Shown piece after piece: positions 51,534-59,663 of a stretch of 64,000 nt of DNA. Both the position numbers and the translations under genes were made by a program. The notes below the pieces were generated by a model. The model saw only the letters and a program-made list of their open reading frames with translations, did no database searches and was not told where the DNA came from. The DNA comes from Nitrospinota bacterium (lineage in GTDB: Bacteria; UBA8248), in the NCBI GenBank assembly GCA_026706735.1, contig JAPOYD010000152.1, positions 1,587 through 65,586 on the forward strand. Reading direction: 5' to 3'. Positions within the stretch are counted from its first letter, which is position 1. The number at the start of each line of letters is the position of its first letter.

Positions 51534-52457
51534 CTACGCAGGTGGTTCACCCACCTTTTTTCCAGACCATTCCTCAAACATTTGCAATAATTCTGTCTGA
51601 TCTGAATCTGGTCCAAATTTTTGCACACCCAGACCATACATCTGCCGAGCTTGATTCAAATAAAACGCCGCCACACCGTATTCGTGTGCCAAATCGCTTC
51701 CCATCGAGAGATCTTTGTGCATCAACCCCGTGGAGAACCCACAGGTAAAGTCCCGCGGCAGGAGAAACCGAGGCCATTTGTCTTTTGTAGCGCTATTCAT
51801 GCCTGAGCCTCCGTTGAAGACTTGAAGCGCCTTTTCCGGGTCCAGACCCAGCTTCGATGCCAAAACCATGGCTTCCATAGATGCGAGCAAGCTTGTGGCT
51901 GAGAGAAAATTATTTACACATTTCATTGCATGTCCAGATTCCGGTGTTTCATCGATATGAACAATAGTTTTCCCCAACGTTTCAAAAATAGGCATCGCCG
52001 CATCCACAATCTCTTTGGGGCCGCCCGGCATGATCGCCAATGTGGCGGCTTCCGCTCCAACTACGCCGCCCGAGACCGGCGCCCCGATTAGGTGTAATCC
52101 CTTTTCTTCTACCCGCGAGGCGAGAATACTAGTTCTTATCGGGTAGGAAGAACTCATATCGATAATCAATTTCCCCTTATTCAGGTGTGAGGATAGTCCA
52201 TCTGATCCATCCACTACTGCGTCAACTACGTCGCTATCGGGTAACATTGTAATGACAACATCGGCGCGACTCGCCAAATCGGTCAAGCTCTCAGCCTCTT
52301 GCACACCATCAGCCGCAACAGCCTTTACATTTTCTGGTCTCGTATCATAGGCAACCACTGTGTAGTCGCCATGCCTCAGATTTTTCGACATGGGTGTTCC
52401 CATCTTTCCTATCCCGACGAAACCGATAGTAACGCTGCCTGGCTCTAAAGTTTGCAT
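51534..52457 (-). CDS. NAD(P)-dependent 3-hydroxyisobutyrate dehydrogenase-family oxidoreductase (MmsB/GarR-like)
   Basis: IGFVGIGKMGTPMSKNL dinucleotide-binding N-terminus and catalytic Lys region (GAPVSGG, HAMKCVNN). ATG 52457 with GAGGAAA RBS, while the ORF track extends to 52613. Confidence 0.8.
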   Translation of the reverse strand: MQTLEPGSVTIGFVGIGKMGTPMSKNLRHGDYTVVAYDTRPENVKAVAADGVQEAESLTDLASRADVVITMLPDSDVVDAVVDGSDGLSSHLNKGKLIIDMSSSYPIRTSILASRVEEKGLHLIGAPVSGGVVGAEAATLAIMPGGPKEIVDAAMPIFETLGKTIVHIDETPESGHAMKCVNNFLSATSLLASMEAMVLASKLGLDPEKALQVFNGGSGMNSATKDKWPRFLLPRDFTCGFSTGLMHKDLSMGSDLAHEYGVAAFYLNQARQMYGLGVQKFGPDSDQTELLQMFEEWSGKKVGEPPA

Positions 52458-52635
52458 AATTTCCTCGCTATCTGGATAAAATTTGTTTTCGAAGCCACCA
52501 TCAATCGTTAAGATGTTTTTATTCGCTCTAAGGTTTTTGTCAATCCCCAACTGGAGTGGTAAGCTTGTTGATAATTTCAAGTTTTTCCCATCACCCGCCC
52601 TGTGTTTGTTCATATGCCGTTCAAGGAGATTCGAA

Positions 52636-53361
52636 ATGGCGCCGATTTCGGCGGATGATGTCGTATGTTACCTAGAAGAACATCCTGGTTTTTTCATAGA
52701 ATACCCAGACTTACTTCGTCAAAGCGGTCTGCTAACTCAAGATAGCACTTCAGCAAAAGTCCTCAACTTACGTGATAAACTTTTTGACCGCTTAAAAGGC
52801 GAAAGAGAGGATTTGATACGACTTCTCGACGAAACGATAGAACTCGTTCGCCAAAATGAGCAGATCGAAAAAGACTTTTTGGTCATTGAACAACTTTTGT
52901 TTGAACGGGCACCCTCGGTAGCGAGCCTCACAAGAATCGCCCAAAATATCGAATCACGCTTTGGAATTGAATACGCAGGTTTTTTACTTCTAGAGCCTAT
53001 CGATGGTATCCCAGTGATAACGGCTAACCCAGAGGAATCGTCCCGTATTCGCCCACTTGCCAAAATTGAAGAAGAACTCGTTCCCATGGAGGGGGGCGTT
53101 GTGCTCAAAAGCAAACTAGAAGGAAGCGGAGGCCCACTCTTTCCAGAAACATTGAGAGAAAATATTCATTCGACCGCCACTGTTCCTCTGGAAATTAATG
53201 AGGCAATAATCGGCTTTCTCATCTTGGGATCCAGAGATCCCGAGCGATATCAAGAAAGGATGGCGACTCACCTCCTCAAGCGTCTTGCAATGCGTTTGGC
53301 CTTGGGAATTTCCATCTTTCAGCGATTCAACAATGGAAAAACCGCACAAACGAATCTATAA
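52636..53361 (+). CDS. DUF484-family protein (YigA-like, GAF-like fold)
   Basis: N-terminus ISADDVVCYLEEHPGFFIEYPDLL matches the DUF484 signature; ATG 52636 with AAGGAG RBS. Confidence 0.6.
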   Translation: MAPISADDVVCYLEEHPGFFIEYPDLLRQSGLLTQDSTSAKVLNLRDKLFDRLKGEREDLIRLLDETIELVRQNEQIEKDFLVIEQLLFERAPSVASLTRIAQNIESRFGIEYAGFLLLEPIDGIPVITANPEESSRIRPLAKIEEELVPMEGGVVLKSKLEGSGGPLFPETLRENIHSTATVPLEINEAIIGFLILGSRDPERYQERMATHLLKRLAMRLALGISIFQRFNNGKTAQTNL

Positions 53362-53408
53362 AGCAAAGCGCTCAATTTGTAATGGTCTCGTTTCCAACTT
53401 ATGAATAA

Positions 53409-54800
53409 TCAGGCTGGAACTCCCTGCTCCTTGGACGCAAGTTCCATGACTTCAGAGATGCTATTGAGATTTTCCAAATTCCTTACCCGCTCGATGAGCA
53501 AATCCCCCGTTTCCTTTTCAAGCACCGGGGCCGTCATCACGTAGAATCGCTCGATCAACTCATCCCACGTCAATGGATTGCGCGAATCCCCTTTTGGATA
53601 ATCCTGATGCGCTTCGAAAACGCCGCGATCAGTCTCGATTTCGACATGCGCTTGCCATTTATCCGGGAATTCCTTTTCCATTTCGGCATCGCCGCAGCAT
53701 TCAATTTTCTTGATAATGGAAGAGTAAACCTGAGAGCGAAGGAAATCGTCGGCATATTCATCAAGTCCTGCGGCGCGCCTGAGAATCGCTACAGCCACCG
53801 CATATTGAAGGCTGAACTGCGCATCAACGATGTTTTGCGGATTTGTTTTCAAATCATAGGGTTCGATGACCACCATCACGCTCGTCTCTGGTACCCGGAC
53901 TTTAACTCGTCTAATTTCCTCCGGCTGAATATCATGCGCTTTGCAAACTTCGATTGTGGCGTCAATTGAAGCATGGTTATAGCGACAACAAGCATAGGGC
54001 TTTATTGCACTCTCGCAAATTTCCCAATACTCACCAAAGTGCTCCACAACATATTCAGGCGTATAATCATCACTATGACCATGCAAAAATCCCGTCTTCC
54101 CACCCAAAATATCTTCCGGTCCCGTATATCCCTCCTGAGCCAAATAAGCGGCGATGATACCGCTATGCGCCGCCCACCCCGGATGAAACCTCTTCGTCCA
54201 GGCTCCGTTATCGAGGTATTGCATCGACCCCGCCGCCTGGCTACCTGAAATGCCCATTGCATTGGAGGTGGCTTCGACAGACAACCCTAGTAGCTTCGAC
54301 GCCGTAATCGCGGAGGCGAAAGTACCGCATGTACCCGTGGGATGGAACCCGCGCTCATAGTGACTTGTCGGGTTCACGGCATTACCAATGCGATTGGTCA
54401 CTTCATAGCCTGCCACGATAGCGGCGATTACTCGCTTCGGGTCGGGCTGATGCGCTTCGGCAACGGCTAACGTGCTGGGCATGACGCTGACCGCGGGATG
54501 CAGGCTAGAGCGTGTAGTCACATCATCCATTTCCGTAGCGTGGCTCACGCCGCCATTCACCAACGCGGCATGAGGTGCATCAGTTTTCAAAGCCGAGCCT
54601 ATGATGGAGCATGGCCCACCCTGGGGAGCGCGCTTTTGGGCGACATTATGAAAACCCCGGGAACTGGCCGCTTCCATCGCCCTCAATGTAACGCCAAGGT
54701 GATAGAGCAAAAAATCCTTTCCGCGGTCCTTGGCCTCCTCGGGCAAAGAATCATATGTAATGGCGTGAACGTGCTCGACGAGCATTCGGCTGATATTCAT
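53409..54800 (-). CDS. MmgE/PrpD-family protein (2-methylcitrate dehydratase-like)
   Basis: about 463 aa from ATG 54800 (GGAAGGAGAAG RBS); full-length similarity pattern of the PrpD family (…LVNGGVSHATEMDD…, …PGWAAHSGI…). Confidence 0.8.
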   Translation of the reverse strand: MNISRMLVEHVHAITYDSLPEEAKDRGKDFLLYHLGVTLRAMEAASSRGFHNVAQKRAPQGGPCSIIGSALKTDAPHAALVNGGVSHATEMDDVTTRSSLHPAVSVMPSTLAVAEAHQPDPKRVIAAIVAGYEVTNRIGNAVNPTSHYERGFHPTGTCGTFASAITASKLLGLSVEATSNAMGISGSQAAGSMQYLDNGAWTKRFHPGWAAHSGIIAAYLAQEGYTGPEDILGGKTGFLHGHSDDYTPEYVVEHFGEYWEICESAIKPYACCRYNHASIDATIEVCKAHDIQPEEIRRVKVRVPETSVMVVIEPYDLKTNPQNIVDAQFSLQYAVAVAILRRAAGLDEYADDFLRSQVYSSIIKKIECCGDAEMEKEFPDKWQAHVEIETDRGVFEAHQDYPKGDSRNPLTWDELIERFYVMTAPVLEKETGDLLIERVRNLENLNSISEVMELASKEQGVPA

Positions 54801-55033
54801 TCGAACTTCTCCTTCCACTAAAGTCAGCATGTGATTTTGAGATTTAAGCCCACGACCGAGCAGGCAATTATCACTATCCAGGAAATCATACCAGAACTTG
54901 CTATGTCCTGCTTCAGCGCAAAAGTGAGAAAACCACTTCATACCCTCGGGACATAGATGCGTTTGTCATAGGGCATAACTTGCGGATAGAATTTTCCATT
55001 GTCCGTAAACTCTCTTCATTTTGGAGATATAAA

Positions 55034-55378
55034 ATGCAATCTTGCGTCTTTTGCAAAATCGTAGCAGGCGAGATCCCTTGCAAAAAAATTTATGAAGATG
55101 ACGCATTGTTTGCATTTGAAGACGTCAACCCTGCGGCTCCCATACATATTCTTATCATCCCGAAAAAACACATGGAGACGCTTCACGAAATACAGGATGC
55201 GGACAAAGAACTGATTGGATCGATATTCGTTGCGGCGAATGAAATCGCCCGTAAACAGGGAATCGCACAAGAAGGTTTTCGAATCGTCGCGAATTGCGGT
55301 GAAAACGGGGGCCAAACGGTCTTTCACATTCACTATCACCTCTTGGGCGGACGCCGCATGGAATGGCCGCCGGGCTAG
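55034..55378 (+). CDS. HIT-family (histidine triad) nucleotide-binding protein
   Basis: CVFCKIVAGEIP N-terminus and histidine triad HIHYHLLGG. Coordinates are derived from ORF-track frame and length, because my manual base-indexing around 55020-55081 was off by one. Confidence 0.85.
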   Translation: MQSCVFCKIVAGEIPCKKIYEDDALFAFEDVNPAAPIHILIIPKKHMETLHEIQDADKELIGSIFVAANEIARKQGIAQEGFRIVANCGENGGQTVFHIHYHLLGGRRMEWPPG

Positions 55379-55491
55379 CAGTAGCACCGTGCGAGAAGTT
55401 TCCTGGCCAAACGGCACAGTCGGGGAACTCGCAGAACTTGGCGCGTGGCGCCCGATTTAAACTCGCCAGATTATTGATGCCCACACAGAAC

Positions 55492-56115
55492 CTACATCAC
55501 GCGGAATCGCCGCTCCATGGCCCGGTTCCACTTGCTCGCATGATCGTCATCGCACAAAATATCCGGATCCGCAGGCGCCGTATACCAGTCTCCGCGCCTC
55601 ATCTCACGCTCCAGCTGTCCGGCTCCCCAGCCGGCATAGCCGACCGCGATAACAATTTTCTTGGGTCGCTTGCCTCGGGCCATGGCCCGGAGCACCGCAT
55701 CCACCGGGCTTATCGCTACATTCTCTCCCACGTCATGTATCACATTGAGATTATGTTCTGTTGTATGGAGCACGAAGCCGGTATCGGGCGACACGGGTCC
55801 GCCGTAATGGATGTTCACCTGGCTCATGTCTCGAGGCGCTTTGATACCAAAACTCCTGAAAAGCGCGGAGAGCGAAATTCTCTGCACCACACGGTTCATT
55901 ATCAGCCCGAAAGCCCCATTTTCGCTGTGTTCCACAAGAAGAATGACACTCTGGCGAAATCGACCGTCCGGCATACCCGGGCGCGCGACCAGCAGCTCAC
56001 CTTGATGGGACCCGAGCAGTGGAAGGTATGCCCCTTCCGGGTTCTTGCCCTGCTCCTGGGCGGAAGTGGACACGGTGAAAAACAACACAATCGCAGCGAG
56101 AAGAATACGTTTCAT
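55492..56115 (-). CDS. YqgE/AlgH-family protein (UPF0301) with N-terminal signal-peptide-like extension
   Basis: Core GRFRQSVILLVEHSENGAFGLIMNR...GGPV...GFVLH...GYAGWGAGQLEREM...W matches YqgE/AlgH. Starting at ATG 56115 the product begins MKRILLAAIVLFFTVSTSAQE. Confidence 0.75.
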   Translation of the reverse strand: MKRILLAAIVLFFTVSTSAQEQGKNPEGAYLPLLGSHQGELLVARPGMPDGRFRQSVILLVEHSENGAFGLIMNRVVQRISLSALFRSFGIKAPRDMSQVNIHYGGPVSPDTGFVLHTTEHNLNVIHDVGENVAISPVDAVLRAMARGKRPKKIVIAVGYAGWGAGQLEREMRRGDWYTAPADPDILCDDDHASKWNRAMERRFRVM

Positions 56116-56116
56116 T

Positions 56117-57178
56117 CTAAGCCACCCAACCACCGCCGTAGAGCACGTCGCCGGAATAGAAAACGGCCGCCTGCCCGGGCGCAACGGCTCCCAGATATGC
56201 AGGGTCATGGGGCCTGATCTCGACGGTTCCATCACCTTTGGGGGCCACGGCGCAGGCAGCTGCGCGGCCCCGGTGTCTCACCTGTACCTGGAGAGGAGCG
56301 GATTCGGGGAGAATCGACCAGCGCACGTCCCTGACGATGAAAACCTCGCGCGCCAGTGCCTCGCGTTCGCCCACCACGACCGTGGCCGAATCCGATTCGA
56401 GTTCCACCACGTAGCGCGGCGGGCCGCCACCCAAATCGAGGCCCCGCCTTTGCCCCACGGTGAAGTTGGTCACACCCCCGTGCCTGCCGAGCACGTTTCC
56501 CTCCAAGTCCACGATATCTCCCGGCCTGTCGATATCGGGTTTCTCCGCCTTGAGGAAAGCACGGTAATCATCCTTGGGCACGAAGCAAATCTCCTGGCTT
56601 TCAGGCTTCTCCGCGGTGGCGAGGCCCAGTTTTCTGGCGTATTCCCTCGTTTGCTCCTTTGTGAACTCCCCCAGGGGGAAGCGCGTGCGCGCGAGTTGCT
56701 CCTGCGTCATGCCGAAGAGGAAATAAGTCTGGTCCTTCTCCTTGTCGAGACTCCTGGCGACGCTCAGGCTCCCACAGACCTCCACCCGCCTGGCGTAATG
56801 TCCCGTGACGAGCAATTCCGCGCCGAACGCCATCGCGCGCTCGGCGAGATAGTCGAACTTCACCACCTGGTTGCACTTGACGCAGGGCACGGGCGTTCTG
56901 CCGCTTTCATACTCGTTTATGAAGTCCTCAATCACGCTCTCCTTGAAGGATTCACGCACGTCCATCACGTAGAAGGGGATGTCGAGCTGGGCCGCCACCG
57001 CGCGCGCATCGGCCAGGTCGCGCGGCGCGCAGCAACCCCGGTGGAACGATTCCTGCGCGGGCCTGTCGGCGAGGCGAAGTCCCACGCCGATGGTCTCATG
57101 GCCGGCCTCCACCATGAGGGCCGCAGCTACCGAAGAGTCCACCCCGCCGCTCATCGCCACCACAACGCGCTTCGCCAT
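56117..57178 (-). CDS. mnmA: tRNA-specific 2-thiouridylase
   Basis: MAKRVVVAMSGGVDSSVAA PP-loop (SGGxDS) N-terminus; ATG 57178 with GGAGG RBS. Confidence 0.9.
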   Translation of the reverse strand: MAKRVVVAMSGGVDSSVAAALMVEAGHETIGVGLRLADRPAQESFHRGCCAPRDLADARAVAAQLDIPFYVMDVRESFKESVIEDFINEYESGRTPVPCVKCNQVVKFDYLAERAMAFGAELLVTGHYARRVEVCGSLSVARSLDKEKDQTYFLFGMTQEQLARTRFPLGEFTKEQTREYARKLGLATAEKPESQEICFVPKDDYRAFLKAEKPDIDRPGDIVDLEGNVLGRHGGVTNFTVGQRRGLDLGGGPPRYVVELESDSATVVVGEREALAREVFIVRDVRWSILPESAPLQVQVRHRGRAAACAVAPKGDGTVEIRPHDPAYLGAVAPGQAAVFYSGDVLYGGGWVA

Positions 57179-57270
57179 TGCCGCCTCCAATGGATGCTGC
57201 CCAGAGTCCGGCCACGTTATACACCACCCGCTTCTCCTGAGGCCACAGGGCGCGGGGAGGCGGCGAGGGA

Positions 57271-57476
57271 GGAAATGCGGGCGGATGCGGGCAAATGCGG
57301 GGGCTGAAAAAAATTTTTAATTCGACAAATTTCGAAAAATTATTAATTCATTACTTTAATATATTTTGGTATCTATATGATTTATCATATAATATCAAGA
57401 TAATATCCGCCATAAGCATTTGCAGGAATTTATCTATATTTATCCAAATTTATCGAATTTTCCGGAAATTCGAAAC
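57271..57476. promoter_or_regulatory. Duplicated AATGCGGGC motif followed by about 170 bp AT-rich tract with phased TTTATC/GATAAA repeats, upstream of mnmA
   Basis: GGAAATGCGGGCGGATGCGGGCAAATGCGGGGG at 57271-57303; AT-rich 57303-57476 containing TTCGACAAATTTCGAAAAATT and three TTTATC copies at 11-bp spacing (57429, 57440, 57451). It shares the 15-mer AAAATTCGATAAATT (as reverse complement) with 34598-34612. Confidence 0.45.
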
Positions 57477-57590
57477 CCGGCGTTCTCACGGCGGCCGGGG
57501 GAGATTTCATCGCCCCTGCGCCATCGTCCATCCCGGTACGCCCGCCGGAGATTCGCCGGCTCATCGCTCACCTCCATCGAACCACTCCCG

Positions 57591-57900
57591 GGAACCCGGA
57601 TACGCCCATCCGCCCGTCCCTGCGAAAGCGGCTGCGGGGGATTTGAATTCGACATCCCGTCCACCCCGATGAAATAGCTGCGGAACATTCGATTTCTCCA
57701 CCGGGTCTGCCCCCATGAAAGCGGCTGCAGGGGGTTCGAATTCGACATCCTGTCCGCCCCTGTGAAACGGCGGCGGAACATTCGATCTTTCCACCGGGTC
57801 TGCCCCCATGAAAGCGGCTGCGGGGGATTTGAATTCGACATCCCGTCCGCCCCCGTGAAACGGCTGCGGAACATTCGGTCCTCCACTTGACCTGCCCGCA
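57591..57900. repeat. Tandem direct repeat array, about 93-bp unit x3 (each unit composed of two related about 40 and 53 bp sub-repeats), plus a degenerate fourth copy
   Basis: Alternating segments CCCCCATGAAAGCGGCTGCGGGGGATTTGAATTCGACAT and CCCGTCCGCCCCCGTGAAACGGCTGCGGAACATTCGATCTTTCCACCGGGTCTG are repeated with few substitutions between 57591 and about 57900. The many minus-strand ORFs predicted here are repeat artefacts. Confidence 0.7.
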
Positions 57901-58209
57901 TGAAACTCTAGCGAAACGTTCGGGGTGCGCGATGACGCCAAATGCGGGGAATTGCGGGGGCGGGGATTCGCACGGCCACCTCCTCCACCGGCCCGGGGGA
58001 GGTCGGGCTGCATGCAGAACCGCAGATACGGAAATGAACCTCGATTCCGGGTGAACAGCACCTGAAGTCAATACCGGGGGAGTGATTCTCCAGGAATAGC
58101 CGGGAAGAGTCGACATACTCCGGATTCATTCGATTATAGCGGAAAAAAGATACGGATCAGCCTGATATTTGGTCGTACTCACTCCATCAAACTTACATTC
58201 TTTCTTGCG

Positions 58210-59619
58210 CTACCGCGTCCCGCCGAATCCGGCGGACATGTCGCTTCTCTCGACGACGCCGCCCATTCCTTCGTGCCGTGCGCCGAAGAACGCGCCCGTC
58301 ACCTCCCCCGCGTCGCCGCCCGTTTGGATGAACGTATTCTTTCTGACGATGACGCTGTAGCGCAGGTCGCCGTCATGCCAGGTCTGGCCTGAATCGATAT
58401 ATTCCAGGCCCGTGAAGTCAATCTGCCCCCTGAGCGTTCCGATGTTGATGTTCAACCGGGTATCTCCGCTCAGTAGCTCGAAACCGGCAGTCATTCCCAG
58501 GAGGCGACCGGACCAGCTTACGTTCCCCGATAGCGACTGGTTATCCGCCAGGTCGTTTTCCGGTTTGGGGCCTCTTGCCCAGGGCTGAACCATGCCGTTC
58601 CTCGATGCCGCGCCGAATGCGATATCTCCGATATCTCCGCGAACGTGGAACGATGTATCGCTCCATGCGCCAAGGCTGTTCACGTCCGTCTCGCCCGGCT
58701 CATAAGCGGCGTAAAGGGCCTGAATCGCGTCGTGGTCAACCGGGCCGAGAATGCGGTCTGAATACGAACGTGGAACACGCGAACGCATAATCGAGTCATG
58801 GTAAACGTCGTAATCCGGGTGTCCAGGTTGTAAACCAAGGGTGTGCAGAAGTTCGTGGGCCAGCAGCAGGATATTGGCCTCGTCGGTAAAATTCCTGAGC
58901 CTGTCCTCGTTTATCCATATTCTGGCGCTGTGCATTTCGACGAATGTCACTGGCCCGCCATCATATGAGGTGGAACGAGGAACCGGACGCGCTACGCCGC
59001 GATATACCAGTCTGCTCGGCGGGTTCCATCTTCGGTGCGGCGCGAAATCGATGAATATCTCTCCTGCGTCGACTTTAAAAGTGCCGACGCCTGGCGGGGA
59101 CGGAACGCTGCTGAATCGCAGCCTGTTCTCACGAGGAAGATATGCGTTGATTATCTGTACCGCCTGAGCGGCATAATCCGTCTGTCTGGGTGTGGTTCCT
59201 TCCGCTACGCGGACGACCGGCGGACTTGCCCATGTATGAAGCGACGGTAGGTCTTCGTAGAGCTGCCTAAAGTTTTCGATGAATTGGCCCAGGAATGCGA
59301 TAACGGCCTCACGACCCGCTCCATCGCGCACATGACCGGATGAGATAACCGTATCGCCGTCCTGTCTCACTGATGCAAGCTGGTTCGCCTCCGGCCTGAC
59401 TCCGGCTCCCACATGCAAGGTATCGCTATATTCGATTATCGGGGCCTGTCGCGCATGAACAGGAGCCTGCAACGGAATGACAGAAGATGGAATGACAGAA
59501 GGTGTGCTCGGGATAACCGCACGTCCGCCCCCGCCTCCACCGCCGCAGCCGGGCAATATCAACGCGAGCGAGAGAAGAACGCTGAAAGCCTTCTGAGCGA
59601 AACGATTCTTATTTCTCAT
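58210..59619 (-). CDS. Surface lipoprotein with M10/serralysin-like metzincin protease domain and C-terminal TbpB/fHbp-like lipoprotein beta-barrel domain (copy 1)
   Basis: 469 aa; signal plus lipobox LPGCGGGGGGG; HELLHTLGLQPGHPDY (HExxHxxG...H), Met-turn DSIMRS, AIQALYA motif (compare matrixin DDxxGIQxLYG); C-terminal ...GGDAGEVTGAFFGARHEGMGGVV handle-domain signature. Confidence 0.6.
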   Translation of the reverse strand: MRNKNRFAQKAFSVLLSLALILPGCGGGGGGGRAVIPSTPSVIPSSVIPLQAPVHARQAPIIEYSDTLHVGAGVRPEANQLASVRQDGDTVISSGHVRDGAGREAVIAFLGQFIENFRQLYEDLPSLHTWASPPVVRVAEGTTPRQTDYAAQAVQIINAYLPRENRLRFSSVPSPPGVGTFKVDAGEIFIDFAPHRRWNPPSRLVYRGVARPVPRSTSYDGGPVTFVEMHSARIWINEDRLRNFTDEANILLLAHELLHTLGLQPGHPDYDVYHDSIMRSRVPRSYSDRILGPVDHDAIQALYAAYEPGETDVNSLGAWSDTSFHVRGDIGDIAFGAASRNGMVQPWARGPKPENDLADNQSLSGNVSWSGRLLGMTAGFELLSGDTRLNINIGTLRGQIDFTGLEYIDSGQTWHDGDLRYSVIVRKNTFIQTGGDAGEVTGAFFGARHEGMGGVVERSDMSAGFGGTR

Positions 59620-59663
59620 GTGGTTTTCTCTACCTGTAGGAGGGTGAATTTTGAAGCGCTATC

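Noticed and set aside
55020-55081. Apparent frameshift in the HIT gene from my manual base counting
   Set aside because: The supplied ORF track gives a continuous 132-aa frame ending in the HIT triad. The discrepancy is most likely my indexing error over a homopolymer run, so no pseudogene call was made.
57591-57900. Possible CRISPR array suggested by regularly spaced repeats
   Set aside because: The repeats are contiguous tandem copies of a composite 93-bp unit with no unique spacers between them; there are no cas genes nearby and no leader-like structure.
57440-58116. Minus-strand ORFs of 153-182 aa across the tandem array (57440-57901, 57561-58061, 57568-58116)
   Set aside because: They overlap each other in all three frames, are Gly/Arg/Pro-rich, and are generated by the repeat itself.
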